Positions 1 through 12,762 of a stretch of 64,000 nucleotides of DNA are shown here, in pieces. The notes beneath the pieces are model-generated. The model searched no databases. It was not told the origin of the DNA and was given only the letters and a program-made list of their open reading frames with translations. Position 1 is the stretch's first letter. Every line of letters begins with the position of its first letter. The position numbers and the translations under genes were made by a program. This stretch comes from Eledone cirrhosa. Lineage: Eukaryota. Location: positions 256,680,001 through 256,744,000 of the forward strand of contig OZ024742.1 of assembly GCA_964016885.1 (NCBI GenBank), read 5' to 3'.

Positions 1-539
1 AAGTAGGAAGAAAGTCCTTCAGTGTGTCCGGATAAATCGATTCTCCCAATGTGTACGTGCAAACAAAGTCACGCAGTGTTTACGTAGAGATCGATCCTCC
101 CCGTCTGAATATTGTGACAGAGAATATTTTATTTCAAAGGAAACTCTACTTGTAAATAATGAAAATTTGGCATGAAAGTAAATTTCAAGTGCTCGGGCCC
201 ATCTAAACCATTTCAAAGAACTTTATATAATGCAGCAGGTGTGTAACATAACTATACGCCAATTTGGTAAAAACATTAGATATATCTCGTAGCTATAATA
301 TATAATTTTCATTTCTAATGCGTGCGATTCACGTCAAACTCACAACCCAGCATCTACCGACACTACATAATGATGCATCTATATACACTCGAAATCTGGA
401 AAAGACAATGTGATCTAACAGGTTGAGATCGTTCCAATCCTAATGAAGATATTCATGCGGGGATGGACTATGCTGAGCGTAATCATGTTTGTTCAGTAAA
501 TAAATATTATCCCGTTTACAATCAGATTAGTGTTAGTTT

Positions 540-1750
540 GTATTGAGTTATTGATTACCTATCCTTGTTCCAATGTCAGATGGCTGCTTTGATACAATGG
601 TCAATGGTCTAAACGTCGAAATTTGGCAAGGTTATCCCTTCCCAGCTCTCTATATATTGACTAAGAGAAATTATCTGGTTCCTGAATACCGGTTTGTTGA
701 TGGTGAACTGTCATCATTTGTCGAAATATCATATCTATTTGACCAATGTGATATGCATGGCAGCTTTGTTATACGGCATGCAGCTTTGCATTTATCATTG
801 CCAGTTTTAGAGACTATGCTTGCCTTTTCCTGTTTATAATTGGATATTTCTGTAAGTTTTTACATGATTTTGTCTTTTAGTTAAATAGCTTGGTTTCGTT
901 TTATGTGTATGTAGATTTCAATATTATTTGGATTAAACGTTGAAATACTCTTTTTTGTTATTTATTTGCTTGAGTTCCTATGTGTTAAATTATCTTGATT
1001 TGTTGATAAAATTACTGATTATATTCTGGTGATATTTTCTTTTCATGAGTATTTTTCAATCCCTTCTAATCTGCCATTTCTTGTCGGTTTTGAGACTATT
1101 GTGCAGATTCTTGCATAACTTAATTGGATGGAATATCTATACGGATTCTATTGGAAGAAATAATATTTTTTTAGTTACATTAGTGACTACGTAAAATGCA
1201 TTCTCTCTCGATATACTCTGGGAGCCCGTAAGAAAATGAGATTAGCCAGTATTTAATAGCCTCTATTCCATACTCCCGTGGAGTATTGCTCTGTAAGTTC
1301 ACCGCATCAAATAAACCATGTAGGTGTACTGTATCTGGTTTACTATGTCTTGATAGTCTCGTTTGAACCTGTTTTAGTAAGATGCTTAGAAACGTGTATA
1401 TGCGATGTGTCTTGCGAATTAGGCCTGCGAAAATTGCTCCTAGCTTTAAATCGACTAATGAGGGAAACATTATACAATTGATTCGTTTCTTTTCGCATAC
1501 CACATTGATTACTTTAACCTTATGTAATCTAGGTTTTCCATAGATGTTTAACATCTAAAATTGGCGATATAGTCTTATTTGGATATCCGTGTAATAAATA
1601 AGTGAGTTGTTTCATCACATTATTAAATTTGTACACTTTGGCTTCTACATATTATGTATAGTGGCATACTCTGAACAATGTCTGTATAGTTGTTTGTATC
1701 CATAATAATTACATTATCTCCTTTTCCGCTTTTCTGATAACAAGTTCGAG
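540..1750 (-). pseudogene. Decayed PLE RT-thumb-GIY-YIG (Neptune-like)
   Basis: ORF 1180-1554 has IYGKPRLHK..DLKLGAIFAG..ILLK..FDAVNL.SNTP..GIEAIKYWL (PLE RT N-half). Downstream minus-strand remnants RICTIVS, STFNPNN, VHHQQ. Many stops and frameshifts. Confidence 0.75.
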
Positions 1751-2699
1751 ACATACAGGTGAAATTTATCGAGGACTTTATACCTTCCTTCTTCGGGCTG
1801 ATAACCCTTTTCTTTTTTTTATTAATCCATCATTATTTGTTGTTGTTTTTTCTTACCGTTTGTGTACGTCTTCTGCAGATTTGCGAAATAGCATCATTAA
1901 TTTTTTGTTTATTCGGTTTTAGGGGAGCTGGTTAAAATTGTAATCATTGAAATAATATATATGTGCATTAACAATTTTTGCTAATGATTCATTATTTTCC
2001 GTTTCGGGAGACTGTCGAAAATTCCATTCCGTTTCTGTCAAATTTGGTTATTATAATATCAATATACTAATATACTATTATAATATCAATATACTAATGT
2101 CAATATTATTGATATTAGTAGTATTTTTATTATATTGCTTTTGTAATTATTGTTTATTTCCATATAGAATTTACATCATTTTACTTCTTTCTAATGTGTT
2201 AACATTACTTAGGTCTGACATTATTTCTGTAATACTTGATTGTGGCGTCTTTGTCACTGAAATTTTCATTTCTGTTTACTGTTCTCTATTTATAGGTATT
2301 CTCTTTGTGGTTATTTCTCCAGAGATTGACTGCGATTGTCTTCGAAATTATATACGTGTATCCTGTTTTAGCATCTATCTTTTTCTGGTGGTTTCATAAT
2401 TCTGTGTGTAAATGGTAGTGGTTGCCTACGGAGATTCTGTCTGAACTTTGTCTATGTTGGATATTCAGGTTGTGTTGTTGGAATGGTATCGGCTTAGATT
2501 TTCCTATGGTAAATGTTGGTTTCACTATATTGCCGATTTACTGATGATTCAGGTTGTTGTCGAGATAAAAGATCATTCATCAGTTTTGGAAACAAACAGC
2601 CATTTTTCACGTCACACAACAGGTAATCTACAATTCAATTTCCAGTATGTTTCAGACGTAGAAAGATAGCTGGCAACAGAGATCTTAACTCACCCAACA

Positions 2700-4190
2700 G
2701 AATGTCAATCAAATTACGCTCCCCTACAAGGCTCTTATTCTCACAAAGGAAGTGGGTGTTTCTGAATTGGCTACCTACTTGTTTCAGGAGATTCATGCAG
2801 AGATATACGACAGAGAGCTGTCACGATCAGCAGTTCGACAATTTTGCTAGCCAGAACGAACTATTCGACATATATTGAATAGCCGGACAACTGCACTGTA
2901 AAATAATTATTTCGTGACTTCCTTGGGATTTGCCCATACCTTAACCTGTACCTCGAACCTATTTTGCCTCTTTGACGAGCTAGTCATCATGCCCTCCTGT
3001 TTTTTCCTTCACGGGTTAGTTTTACTATCAGGTAACCGGGGGTACACCAATGGGTACCAGCACTGCCAACTTACGCGTAGGCTAAGTTGAGGCTGAAATA
3101 TTTGCCCAATTCATTCTCCCCATTACGGAGCTATGCAGCCGACCCTTATATCGAAGACTATATTATTGTAAAATAGCTCACGCATGAGCAGGTCGGCTCC
3201 TTTCTCTCTTACCGCTACTCATTTCCTCCGACCTTGACTTCATCACCTCCATCCACTTGCTGGACATCGGCGGCTCCATCGCGACAACACTAATTTTTCA
3301 TATATTTTATCCGTTTTCTTTAAATTTTCCGAGTCACATTCCTACTTCAATTTCACTTCACCCTATCCCTCTCATGGAAAACACAAATACTTACTCTCAA
3401 TTTCTCCACCTCCAACATCTGCTCTGTTAGACCCAAGATTTCGAAATGCACGCTTATTACAGTGCTAGAAAGTTTACACTGTGTCATTAACTCCCCCACC
3501 CTGATCCACGTAGCTACACTCGTGCCCCTAAAATCGAGTGCACCACCGCCTTCACTCCAAGCCATCGCCTTCCCCTACCGATTATAACATTCCCTTTCCT
3601 ACAAATCCTCAACTTTGTTTCTCCAGAGTACGATACTCCGTCGCTTCCACTTTCTCCACTCAGCTCCCCCCATCTCGTCATTTTCTCAGTACCACCGCTT
3701 CCCTCCCTCAAGTCAATACGAAAATTCAGAAATTTCCCCTGCTGCGGTTCCCCCCTATCACCGCTACTTCACCGGATCCTAGTCCTGCTCCTGACCCTAC
3801 TCCCACATATGCAATTTCATAACCAATACCCTCACAGGGCCAAACGTCCGGTCCTTCCAAATCAGTAATTTCTCTTCCTGCATCTTCTCTAGTCCTGTCT
3901 ACAGGCTCTTCTGCATGATATGCCAGACCATCTACATTTGATAAACTCGCCACTGGCTAGCGGAGAGTTTCATCGAGTGGCTTCGGGACACCTGTCTTGG
4001 CAACGCGTCGCCGGTCGCACCACATTTTAACCCCACTGAACTCTCCACCCACCAACACAGACTTATCGGCCTCATTGCTTGCCCTAGCCAAAATAATTCT
4101 CACTTTACGAGAGACAGGACGTTATTTTTTCTCTTCATACTTTTAATGGAAGCGGCCTAAATTACCCGTCCCTAATCCTTTAAAATCTGC
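2700..4190 (+). pseudogene. Decayed PLE RT + CCHH-type GIY-YIG endonuclease (Neptune-like)
   Basis: Hand translation: FYYQVTG/GTPMGTSTANL (~3020-3075), TYSQFLHL (~3390), GPNVRSFQI..SC...VY.LFC.IC.TIYI**TRHWLAESF...PVAPHFN (~3835-4035). Confidence 0.75.
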
Positions 4191-5460
4191 TATCCTAGTA
4201 CCCACCTCCCATACTCTTTCACGCCAACCCACATGCACTATGTCCAGCACCATTTGATGACTTTCTCGACTACACCCACTCACACTTTTACATAGAGACA
4301 CAAACACTTACATATGTCGTTAATTAGTTACACACACATGACGTTACATACTTAATTTTACTAGCTCTATTAATTAACTTATTAATTTAAATAACACAAC
4401 TCTCTCTCACACCAACATATATGCACTACCACCAAAACTATTGGACCAATTATCCTAACCCAACCACTCACATGCTTACAATAGACACACCAATATATAT
4501 ATATATATATACACATATTTGATTTTAATAACACTATTAATTAATCAATAAATGATACTAACAAGACAATCTATTCTACGACGTTTCAAACTTATACTAT
4601 CAGTAGACACACACATATAAACATAGCATCACCAACACCACCTCAAATCATCACAACAGCTTGTCCTCACACTCACCCTTGATATTAACTTACCCTTGAA
4701 ATTAACCTATCCCATTCTGCGTCACCACCAGCTTCAGAGCCAAACACTTCCTTGACTACACACAGAAACCCCACCAAGTTCCCGTCCCTGGAAATTTCCT
4801 GAAATAGTACAGCTTGGACATCAACAAACCATTCCTTCGGGATTTATGCCACGCACGGATAGAGACAGCCATACTTGTTGATACACATGCACACAGAAAA
4901 CCACTCACATACACAAAATAATATCCGCATGAGACTCGAACAAGCATACCCATACCCATACACACATAAACATACACACACTCAATAAAAGGCATAGCCT
5001 ATACAGACACCCATAAGGAATGCACACCCGCATATGCACATTCACTCCTAAAAATACACATACACAAACACACAAATATGTACAAACACGCACACAAAAG
5101 TCCATTAAAAATCACAGATACACACATGCGTCCACATTCAGTAATACATAAACATACATACGCACGCACACCTTTACAAACAAGCACACATAGAACTGCA
5201 GACAACACACGCATATTTACATTAACTAAACTCAAATCACACACGTGGTCTCTCCGCCTCACCAATTATCTCGGCACTACTCACCTACGATCCTCACTCG
5301 TCGTAATTTCATTCCAACAATCTCTCTCTGAAATTTCCTCTTACCTGATCCGATACGTTGAGACATGATTACTTCCTGTTTCACTTTTCTTCATCTTCCT
5401 TCCCAACGTGAAGCTAAGAAGACTTTGTATTTTCCATCCCTCTGTATGTCTCGTTTATCC

Positions 5461-5491
<31 letters not shown>

Positions 5492-5688
5492 GTACATACA
5501 TATACGTATACAGACGTACAGTAGTATGTATATATATATATACATACATGCACACATATATATATATGTACGTACGGATTCACCGAACATTTATTATAAT
5601 GCTCGGTGTGTTTGTAAACAAACATCCCGTATTAAGCCGTAGTGTCCTGCAACTATCGTTGCTCGTTTGTTCAACACTGACAAAGGTA

Positions 5689-5729
5689 CGCTGTACTGGT
5701 TTCAAGCTTATTAGCTATCGTCAGCAATG
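5689..5729 (-). ncRNA. Minimal type I hammerhead (R1)
   Basis: Reverse complement: cattg CTGACGA tagctaataagctt GAAA ccag TA cagcg; one stem I mismatch. Confidence 0.75.
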
Positions 5730-6273
5730 TATACCTTCCTGCCAGATTGTTGAACGTATATACTTACCTTATGCATATTAACACCTGAGAAGCCCAATTT
5801 GCATATCGAGTGGGTTAATCGGCCGGGTGCACCGAAAACGATAAACGGAAAAAATGAAACGAAATTTCATTTCCCAATCTTAGTACGGCTGTTACTTAAG
5901 TATATGTATGTACACGTACATACATATATGTATACAGGCGTACAGTAGTATGTATATATATATACATACATGCACACATATATATATATGTATGTTGTGG
6001 ATTCACCGACCATTTATTATAATGCTCGGTGTGTTTGTAAACAAACATCCCGTATTAAGCCGTAGTGTCCAGCAACCATCGTTGCTCGTGTACATATTTA
6101 TATTTAAGTAAAGGCCGTACTAAGAGTGGGAAATTAAATTTCGTTTCATTTTTTCCGTTTATCGTGTTCGGTGCACCCGACCGATTAACCCACTCGATAT
6201 GCAAATTGGGATTCTCAGCTGTTAATATGCATAAGGTAAGTAGATACGTTCAACAACCTGGCAGGAAGGTATA

Positions 6274-6314
6274 CGTTGCTGACGATAGCTAATAAGCTTG
6301 AAACTGGTACAGCG
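6274..6314 (+). ncRNA. Minimal type I hammerhead (R1)
   Basis: cgttg CTGACGA tagctaataagctt GAAA ctgg TA cagcg. Confidence 0.8.
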
Positions 6315-6704
6315 TTCCTTTGTCATGTTGAACAAACGAGCAACGATGGTTGCTGGACACTAAGGCTTAATACGGGATGTTTGTTTACAAACACACTGAG
6401 CATTATAATAAATGTTCGGTGAATCCATACGTACATATATATATATATATATATATGTGTGCATGTATGTATATATATATACATACTACTGAACTTCTGT
6501 ATACATATATGTATGTACGTGTACATACATATATTTAAGTAACAGCCGTACTAAGAGTGGGAAATGAAATTTCGTTTCATTTTTTCCGTTTATCGTTTTC
6601 GGTGCACCCGGCCGATTAACCCACTCGATATGGAAATTGGTCTTCTCAGCTGTTAATATGCATAAGGTAAGTATATACGTTCAACAATCTGGCAGGAAGG
6701 TATA

Positions 6705-6745
6705 CGTTGCTGACGATAGCTAATAAGCTTGAAACTAGTACAGCG
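6705..6745 (+). ncRNA. Minimal type I hammerhead (R1), palindromic stem III ACTAGT
   Basis: cgttg CTGACGA t-agc-taataa-gct-t GAAA ctag TA cagcg; GUA triplet. Confidence 0.88.
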
Positions 6746-7130
6746 TTTCTTTGTCAGTGTTGAACAGACGAGCAACGATGGTTGCTGGAGACTACGGCAT
6801 CATACGGGATGTTTGTTTACAAACACACCGAGCATTATAATAAATCTTCCGTGAATCCATACGTACATATATATATATATATGTGTGCATGTATGTATAT
6901 ATATATACATACTACTGTACGTCTGTATACATATATGTATGTACGTGTACATACTTATACTTAAGTAACAGCCGTACTAAGATTGGGAAATGAAATTTCG
7001 TTTCATTTTTTCCGTTTATCGTTTTCGGTGCACCCGGCCGATTAACCCACTCGATATGCAAATTGGGCTCCTCAGGTGTTAATATGCATAAGGTAAGTAT
7101 ATACGTTCAACAATCTGGCAGGAAGGTATA

Positions 7131-7171
7131 CGTTGCTGACGATAGCTAATAAGCTTGAAACTAGTACAGCG
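7131..7171 (+). ncRNA. Minimal type I hammerhead (R1)
   Basis: Identical to the motif at 6705-6745. Confidence 0.88.
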
Positions 7172-7432
7172 TTCCTTTGTCATGTTGAACAAACGAGCAA
7201 CGATGGTTGCTGGACACTACGGCTTAATACGGGATGTTTGTTTACAAACACACCGAGCATTATAGTAAATGTTCGGTGAATCCATACGTACATATATATA
7301 TGTGTGCATGTATGTATATATATATACATACTACTGTACGTCTGTATACACATATGTATGTTCGTGTACATACTTATATTTAAGTAACAGCCGTACTAAG
7401 AATGGGAAATTAAATTTCGTTTCATTTTTTCC

Positions 7433-7470
<38 letters not shown>

Positions 7471-7476
<6 letters not shown>

Positions 7477-8405
7477 AAAATTTCGTTCCACATCACTGAA
7501 TACAATATATGTAATCTGAGATTTTCGAATATTAAGAATAAAATTTGATTCGTTTGCAATTATGCAAACAAGCCTCAATTGTATAGCCAAGTGAGTAGAA
7601 TGAACACTCCATTCTTGCTTTTGTGTTGGCATGCGAACAGAACTGCAGACACTAATGTTCTGGGTATCACCTTTCATCAGTACAGCTCACTGTTCACCTG
7701 CCAAACTGTTAGAGCTAGTGAACATATATGCTATTTTCAAAAATACACAGTCACTGGTCGGCTTGATATGCATATTAACAGACTGGCTGATCAGTAAGAT
7801 CTGCATATTAGCAGATCCACTGATCAGCCATATTTGCATATCAGCAGACTGGCCAGTCAGTTTCCTGCATACGAGCGATAAATAGGCGGCTTTGCCAAAT
7901 TCAGAATAACAAAGAAAAATGAAGGGTTCGTTCTACTGACATGACAATAACATTGAGGCTTGTTTGCATAATTGCAAACGAAGCGTATGTTATTATTGAT
8001 ATTCGGAAAACACAGATTACATTCATTGTATTCAGCCTTGTTGAGCGAAATATTTTTATTTTATTTTGAATTTGGCAAAGTCGGCCATTTTACGCTCGTA
8101 CACATGAAACTGACTAGCCAGTCTGCTGATATGCAAATCTGGCTGATCAGTGGATCTGCTAATATGAGTATCTAACTGATCAGCCAATCTGCTATTATGC
8201 AAATCAGGCCGATCAGTCACTGTGAATGTTTGAAAATAGCATATGTTTCCACTAACTCTGACAGTTTGGTAGGTGAACATTCAGCTGTACAGAAACATTA
8301 GTGTCTGCAGTTCTGTTCATATGCCAACACAAGAGCAAGAATGAAGTGTTCATTCTACTGACATGGCTATAAAATTGCGGCTTGTTTGCATAATTGCAGA
8401 TTACA
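7471..8405. mobile_element. Retrozyme-like element R2: ~440-nt monomer; minus copy 7471-7919 plus terminally redundant plus copy 7920-8400
   Basis: 7920-7978 recurs at 8341-8398; arms are reverse complements; HHR at 7640-7688(-) lacks one A of GAAA; plus copy has the core deleted (~8290). Confidence 0.8.
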
Positions 8406-8420
8406 TATATTATATATATA

Positions 8421-8463
<43 letters not shown>

Positions 8464-8497
8464 CACAATGATTCTTCAAGCAAACTTCAATACTCTT

Positions 8498-8537
<40 letters not shown>

Positions 8538-8637
8538 ATTTGGGACATTACGTTACTATTGGTTCACTAACTGGCTTAATATAGTATTTTACATTTGGTG
8601 TCATAATGTGGTCGGGTTCCTTCATAAGCAGTCAGTT

Positions 8638-8860
8638 AATAATGATTTCCTATATAGGCACAAGGCCAGCAATTTTGGTGGAAGGGAAAGACGATTAAAT
8701 CGACCCCCAGTGCGTGTCAGGTTCTTTATTTTATCGACCCTGTAAGGATGAAAGGCAAAGTAAACCTTGGCGAATATTTGAACTCAGATCATAAAAGGCC
8801 GTAACTTTATGCTGCAAAGCATGGCGTCCGACCCTCTACCAATACTGCCAATCCACCGCC
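8638..8860 (-). mobile_element. tRNA-derived SINE (Octopus-type), full length
   Basis: Minus strand: A-box-like tggcagtattgg, B-box-like gagttcaaat, body ctttcatccttacagggtcgataaaataa, AT-rich tail; five related copies in window. Confidence 0.85.
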
Positions 8861-9753
8861 TGTGTGTTAATAATAATGATTACTAAGAACGAGTTGCCAA
8901 AGTATCATTAAATGTATTCCGGTGACACCTGGTTCGCGATTGATCATCTCATGTCGTGATCCCAATTTATCGCGCCCGATTGTGGAATCAGTACCTCATC
9001 AGACTCATGGTTTACTTAATGATAAGAGATATGCGCTTTCTGCTTTAAAATACCATTATATATTATATTTCATACACGCAATAAGAATTGGTGTAGCTTA
9101 GGTTTCAAGGCGTAGGTTTTTCACGAAACACAGACTGTACACGGGGTGCAGAATGCATGATAAACGGTGCAGCGCTAGTCTTAATTCGTGATGCACGGAG
9201 TAAATGTCAAAAGGAGATATAATTATGAGGTCCAGCGTGGGAAGGATCTACAAGCCAGAAAATGTGTTCATCCGTTTTCTAAGGCAGGCAACTCTTCTGT
9301 AAACACCAACTGTTATGAGGTGTGTGTTTCACTGTCGGTGTGTCGTTTTGCTGTCAATATTTAGAGTTTATTAGTAGCGTTATGTAGAGAAAACACAAAG
9401 AAAATTACAAAGCTTATCAGCAAAGAAAAAGTGGTATGCAAAAATAAGAGTTAATGTGTTGGAACTATCGAAAATATAGAACTACGGTTCACTGGATATC
9501 GTGTGCGTAGCTCTTCCTTTGTGAAATCTTGTTTTTTTTATTCCGATTGACGTTAAATTGGCATTGGCTTCCGTGTTCGTATAAATCATACCGGAAACAT
9601 AGGCAAACCACCATGCGGATGCCTCTGATACCTAAGGCACCGCAATATACCCGTAGGAATCACAATAATAAATTGGATGTTTTGCTCTAGATAGACCGTG
9701 TTTTTACATTTTCCTTCCTCTGGATAATTTATATACATATAATTATGTAATAA

Positions 9754-9952
9754 ACAACATAAGACAATTATTCCATTTACCAAAGATTACACGAAGACAG
9801 ACGAGCGCAACAGGGACGTCTGAAATCGCTCATTAGAATGAACATTTATTAAATTTATAAAATGTTCATTCTGATGACGATTTCAGACGTCTTTGTTGAG
9901 CTTGTCTGTCTTCGTGTAACCTTTGGTAAATGGAAGAAATGTCTTATGTTGT
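9754..9952. repeat. ~200-bp imperfect foldback (arms ~95 bp), MITE-like
   Basis: acaacataagac...catt(a)gaatgaacattt versus aaatgttcattctgatgac...gtcttatgttgt. Confidence 0.8.
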
Positions 9953-10025
9953 GTATTGCTTAATTAAATAGCTCGGTAGCATACATAGAGCACTCTCCTT
10001 TTCTATACCCTTCCCACGGAAATAC

Positions 10026-10082
<57 letters not shown>

Positions 10083-10559
10083 TGTACGAACAAATATTTT
10101 TCTTCACCAGAGTGGCAACCCATATGACTATTGTATATGAACGTATTATATATCTGTTGATTAACACCTCTATCATATTTAAACCTTGTTTTATTGGTAC
10201 CACCAATTGAATATATCCACATTAATGCACACTATATGAAATCATTTGCATATAGTGCGTCTCTATCACGAACAGCTGCTATTCACAGACTGCGGGAGGA
10301 AACTAATTCGCTATAATCGCACAAGCCAATATACATATATGAGTTTCAAGGTGTAAACAAATTACACATCATATATTTATTGCCGCTTTCATTCATTCGT
10401 TCCGCCACCATCTTTAGATATACTGGCAGAAGAAACGCTACGGGCGGTTTTCTATTAGCATATATAGTGTGCATGTTGGTATTATATGCAAATGTATATG
10501 CATACAGATATATGTAAATTGCAAGTAAATTGACGATATCTTCTTCGCCCACTTATTTC

Positions 10560-11000
10560 TGAGAAGCTCTTATGGCAGAGTCCTACTCAAACACTCCTTA
10601 TAGTGAGTCTGTCAGAAGCAAACATCTCTAACTGATCCAGCTGAATCCCAAACTGTGACCAGCCAAGCTAAGGGATGTTATCCAACTATCTTGCTCGGAG
10701 TCTGTCTACCTCTGGGTCTCTAGCCGGTTGGATTTGCCTGTAAAATCTGTCCACAGATTCTTAACTGTGACATTCTAACCACATACCCATAGTATCGGAG
10801 TTGTGATCCCTCAATTCGGTGTAGTAGCGGTTCTACCAGAGGTGACTCTCTGATCTCTGAGCTATGCACTTTACCGAGTAATGTTACTCCAAAACCCTTC
10901 TCCAGCATTCCATCACTCATGAACACGGGACCGAGATACTTGACCTTCTCTACCTGCTTCAATAGAAATTCATTCCTATGTATATAAATTTGAGAGACTT
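10560..11000 (-). mobile_element. RTE-clade LINE 3' fragment
   Basis: LKQVEKVKYLG..SDG...IRE...VEPLL.RIE.SQLRYYGYVVRM...PTG*RPRGR. Confidence 0.8.
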
Positions 11001-11169
11001 CTGTCCATCCGTCCATCACACAATGTGTATGTGTGTTTGTGTGAATCTATGTGAGTGTAAATGGAAAGAAGGGGATTCACATAGGTATGTCTCTAACTTA
11101 AAAGCAGTGCACACACACACGTGTTCCTAATTTAAAACGCCGATGAACTTACGCACGCACGCATATGCC

Positions 11170-11610
11170 CACTGTCCTATTACCACTTAAGAGATTTGGG
11201 CCGGGCAAACATCCCCTCAATTTTAGAACCGTCATGGTTGTCCAAAATTGATGGGAAAAGACTTAACGGTCTTGCCTTGTGCTCCTGGTCAAGAGGCAGG
11301 TGCTTTATCGGGGACGACACAGTTAGTGACTCTTTTGCTTTTTCCCACAGCCTGGATGCAGCGGTAAGGCCGAAAGCAACAGCATCCGCAACTGAACGGA
11401 ACAAAATCCTAAAATATAGTGTTTTGTCAGCTAACTACATTATCCAGCCTGTGGCGTTCAAGACGTTTGGGGGAGTTCGGCTACTGACAGCGAGGTTCTT
11501 CACTAGCGGCTCCCAAATCAGAGGTAACTGGTGATGTTCGTGAGGGCACTTGGTTGTTCCAGCACCTCACCCTGGCCATCACCCTAGGTAACGGTGCGAG
11601 CGTGCAGGCT
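11170..11610 (+). mobile_element. CRE-clade non-LTR element, restriction-like endonuclease C-terminal fragment
   Basis: LEPSWLSKIDGKRLNG...WSRGR..DDTVSD...TERNKILKY..L...PVAFKTFG, then LFQHLTLAI.LGN in another frame. Confidence 0.75.
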
Positions 11611-12167
11611 TGACTCAAAAACTATTAAAGAGGTTTCACAGTTCTCGCTATATTGTTATATTTTCCTCTGGTAGCGGCTCATTTGCCCACTCCTTTCGTT
11701 TGCATTTTGTTCCATGTGCTCTAAGACGTATGTATTACGTGCTTGTGTGTTTTCTCTTTCTTTTGTGTATATTATATTTGTTTATGTCTTCGTTCTCTAA
11801 TCATTATATCAAATTTTTATACAAATGAGTTTAAAACAGAAGTGCTACACTGTTAATAATTAAATAAAACGTTGTACTTCATGTTATTCACTAATTTCCA
11901 ATTTATCTAACGCGCTGTCATGACTGTATGACTGCATGAGTGTGTATTTGTGTTTATGTAAACGTATGCGTGAATGTATGTATGTGTTTGTGTGAAAGTA
12001 TATGTATTTGTGTGAATGTACGTCCGTGAGCGTCTATTTTTGTAAGTTTATGTGTTTGCGCGATTAGAGTTATATAATCATACATATAAATATATGTATA
12101 TGCACATACACACACGCACACACATACACATACGCCTCAGTCTGTTGAAAAAAATCCTAATCTCTTC

Positions 12168-12320
<153 letters not shown>

Positions 12321-12566
12321 TCGGTGTCATCATAGTCACTGTATCTATCTGTATCTATATCATCACACACACTCTCTCATTCTCGCTCTGTCTATATATA
12401 TGCTGTTGGTGGCAGCGATATACCGGAGGTGTAGAAATTTGAAAATTGTAAATGAAGTCTTTTTTAAAAGAACAAAAAAGCAATAAAACTATTTATATTT
12501 AATCAATAGTTACGAAATTTAGTACATAAATTATGTCATATTCATTCATTATTTATACAAAGCCAA

Positions 12567-12762
12567 AATAAAGTACCAGTAATGTACTGGGTTATTGCTG
12601 GTCTTGTGCCTAAAGTAGAAACAATTATTTATACAAAGCCATTCTGAGTTCAAATCCCGCCGAGGTTAACGTTGCCTTACATCATTACGGGGTCGATAAA
12701 ATAAAGTACCAGTGATCTATTGGGTAATTGCTGGCCTTGTGCCAATAGTAGAAACAATTATT
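12567..12762 (+). mobile_element. 5'-truncated SINE with a duplicated 3' part
   Basis: gagttcaaatcccgccgagg...ggggtcgataaaataaagtacc; tail ttgctggccttgtgcc..gtagaaacaattatt present twice. Confidence 0.8.

Larger units (their letters stand above)
5484..7437. mobile_element. Retrozyme-like array R1: ~430-nt HHR monomers; minus arm 5484-6088, then three and a bit tandem plus copies 6089-7437
   Basis: Near-identical units with HHR spacing 431 and 426 nt; no coding capacity; (TA)n on both flanks. Confidence 0.85.

Noticed and set aside
5321-5365. Possible HHR remnant at the 3' end of the decayed PLE (tctc..ctgaaat...gata cgt tgaga)
   Set aside because: Both core segments are mutated and stem II is unclear.
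5484-7437. R1 repeats as a CRISPR array or coding repeat (MLGVFVNKHPVLSRS ORFs)
   Set aside because: Units are ~430 nt with no unique spacers and no cas genes; the short ORFs start in microsatellite and vary in frame.
10340-10470. Possible host first exon on minus (aagATGGTGGCGGAA)
   Set aside because: No recognisable protein, no supported splice donor, no further exons.
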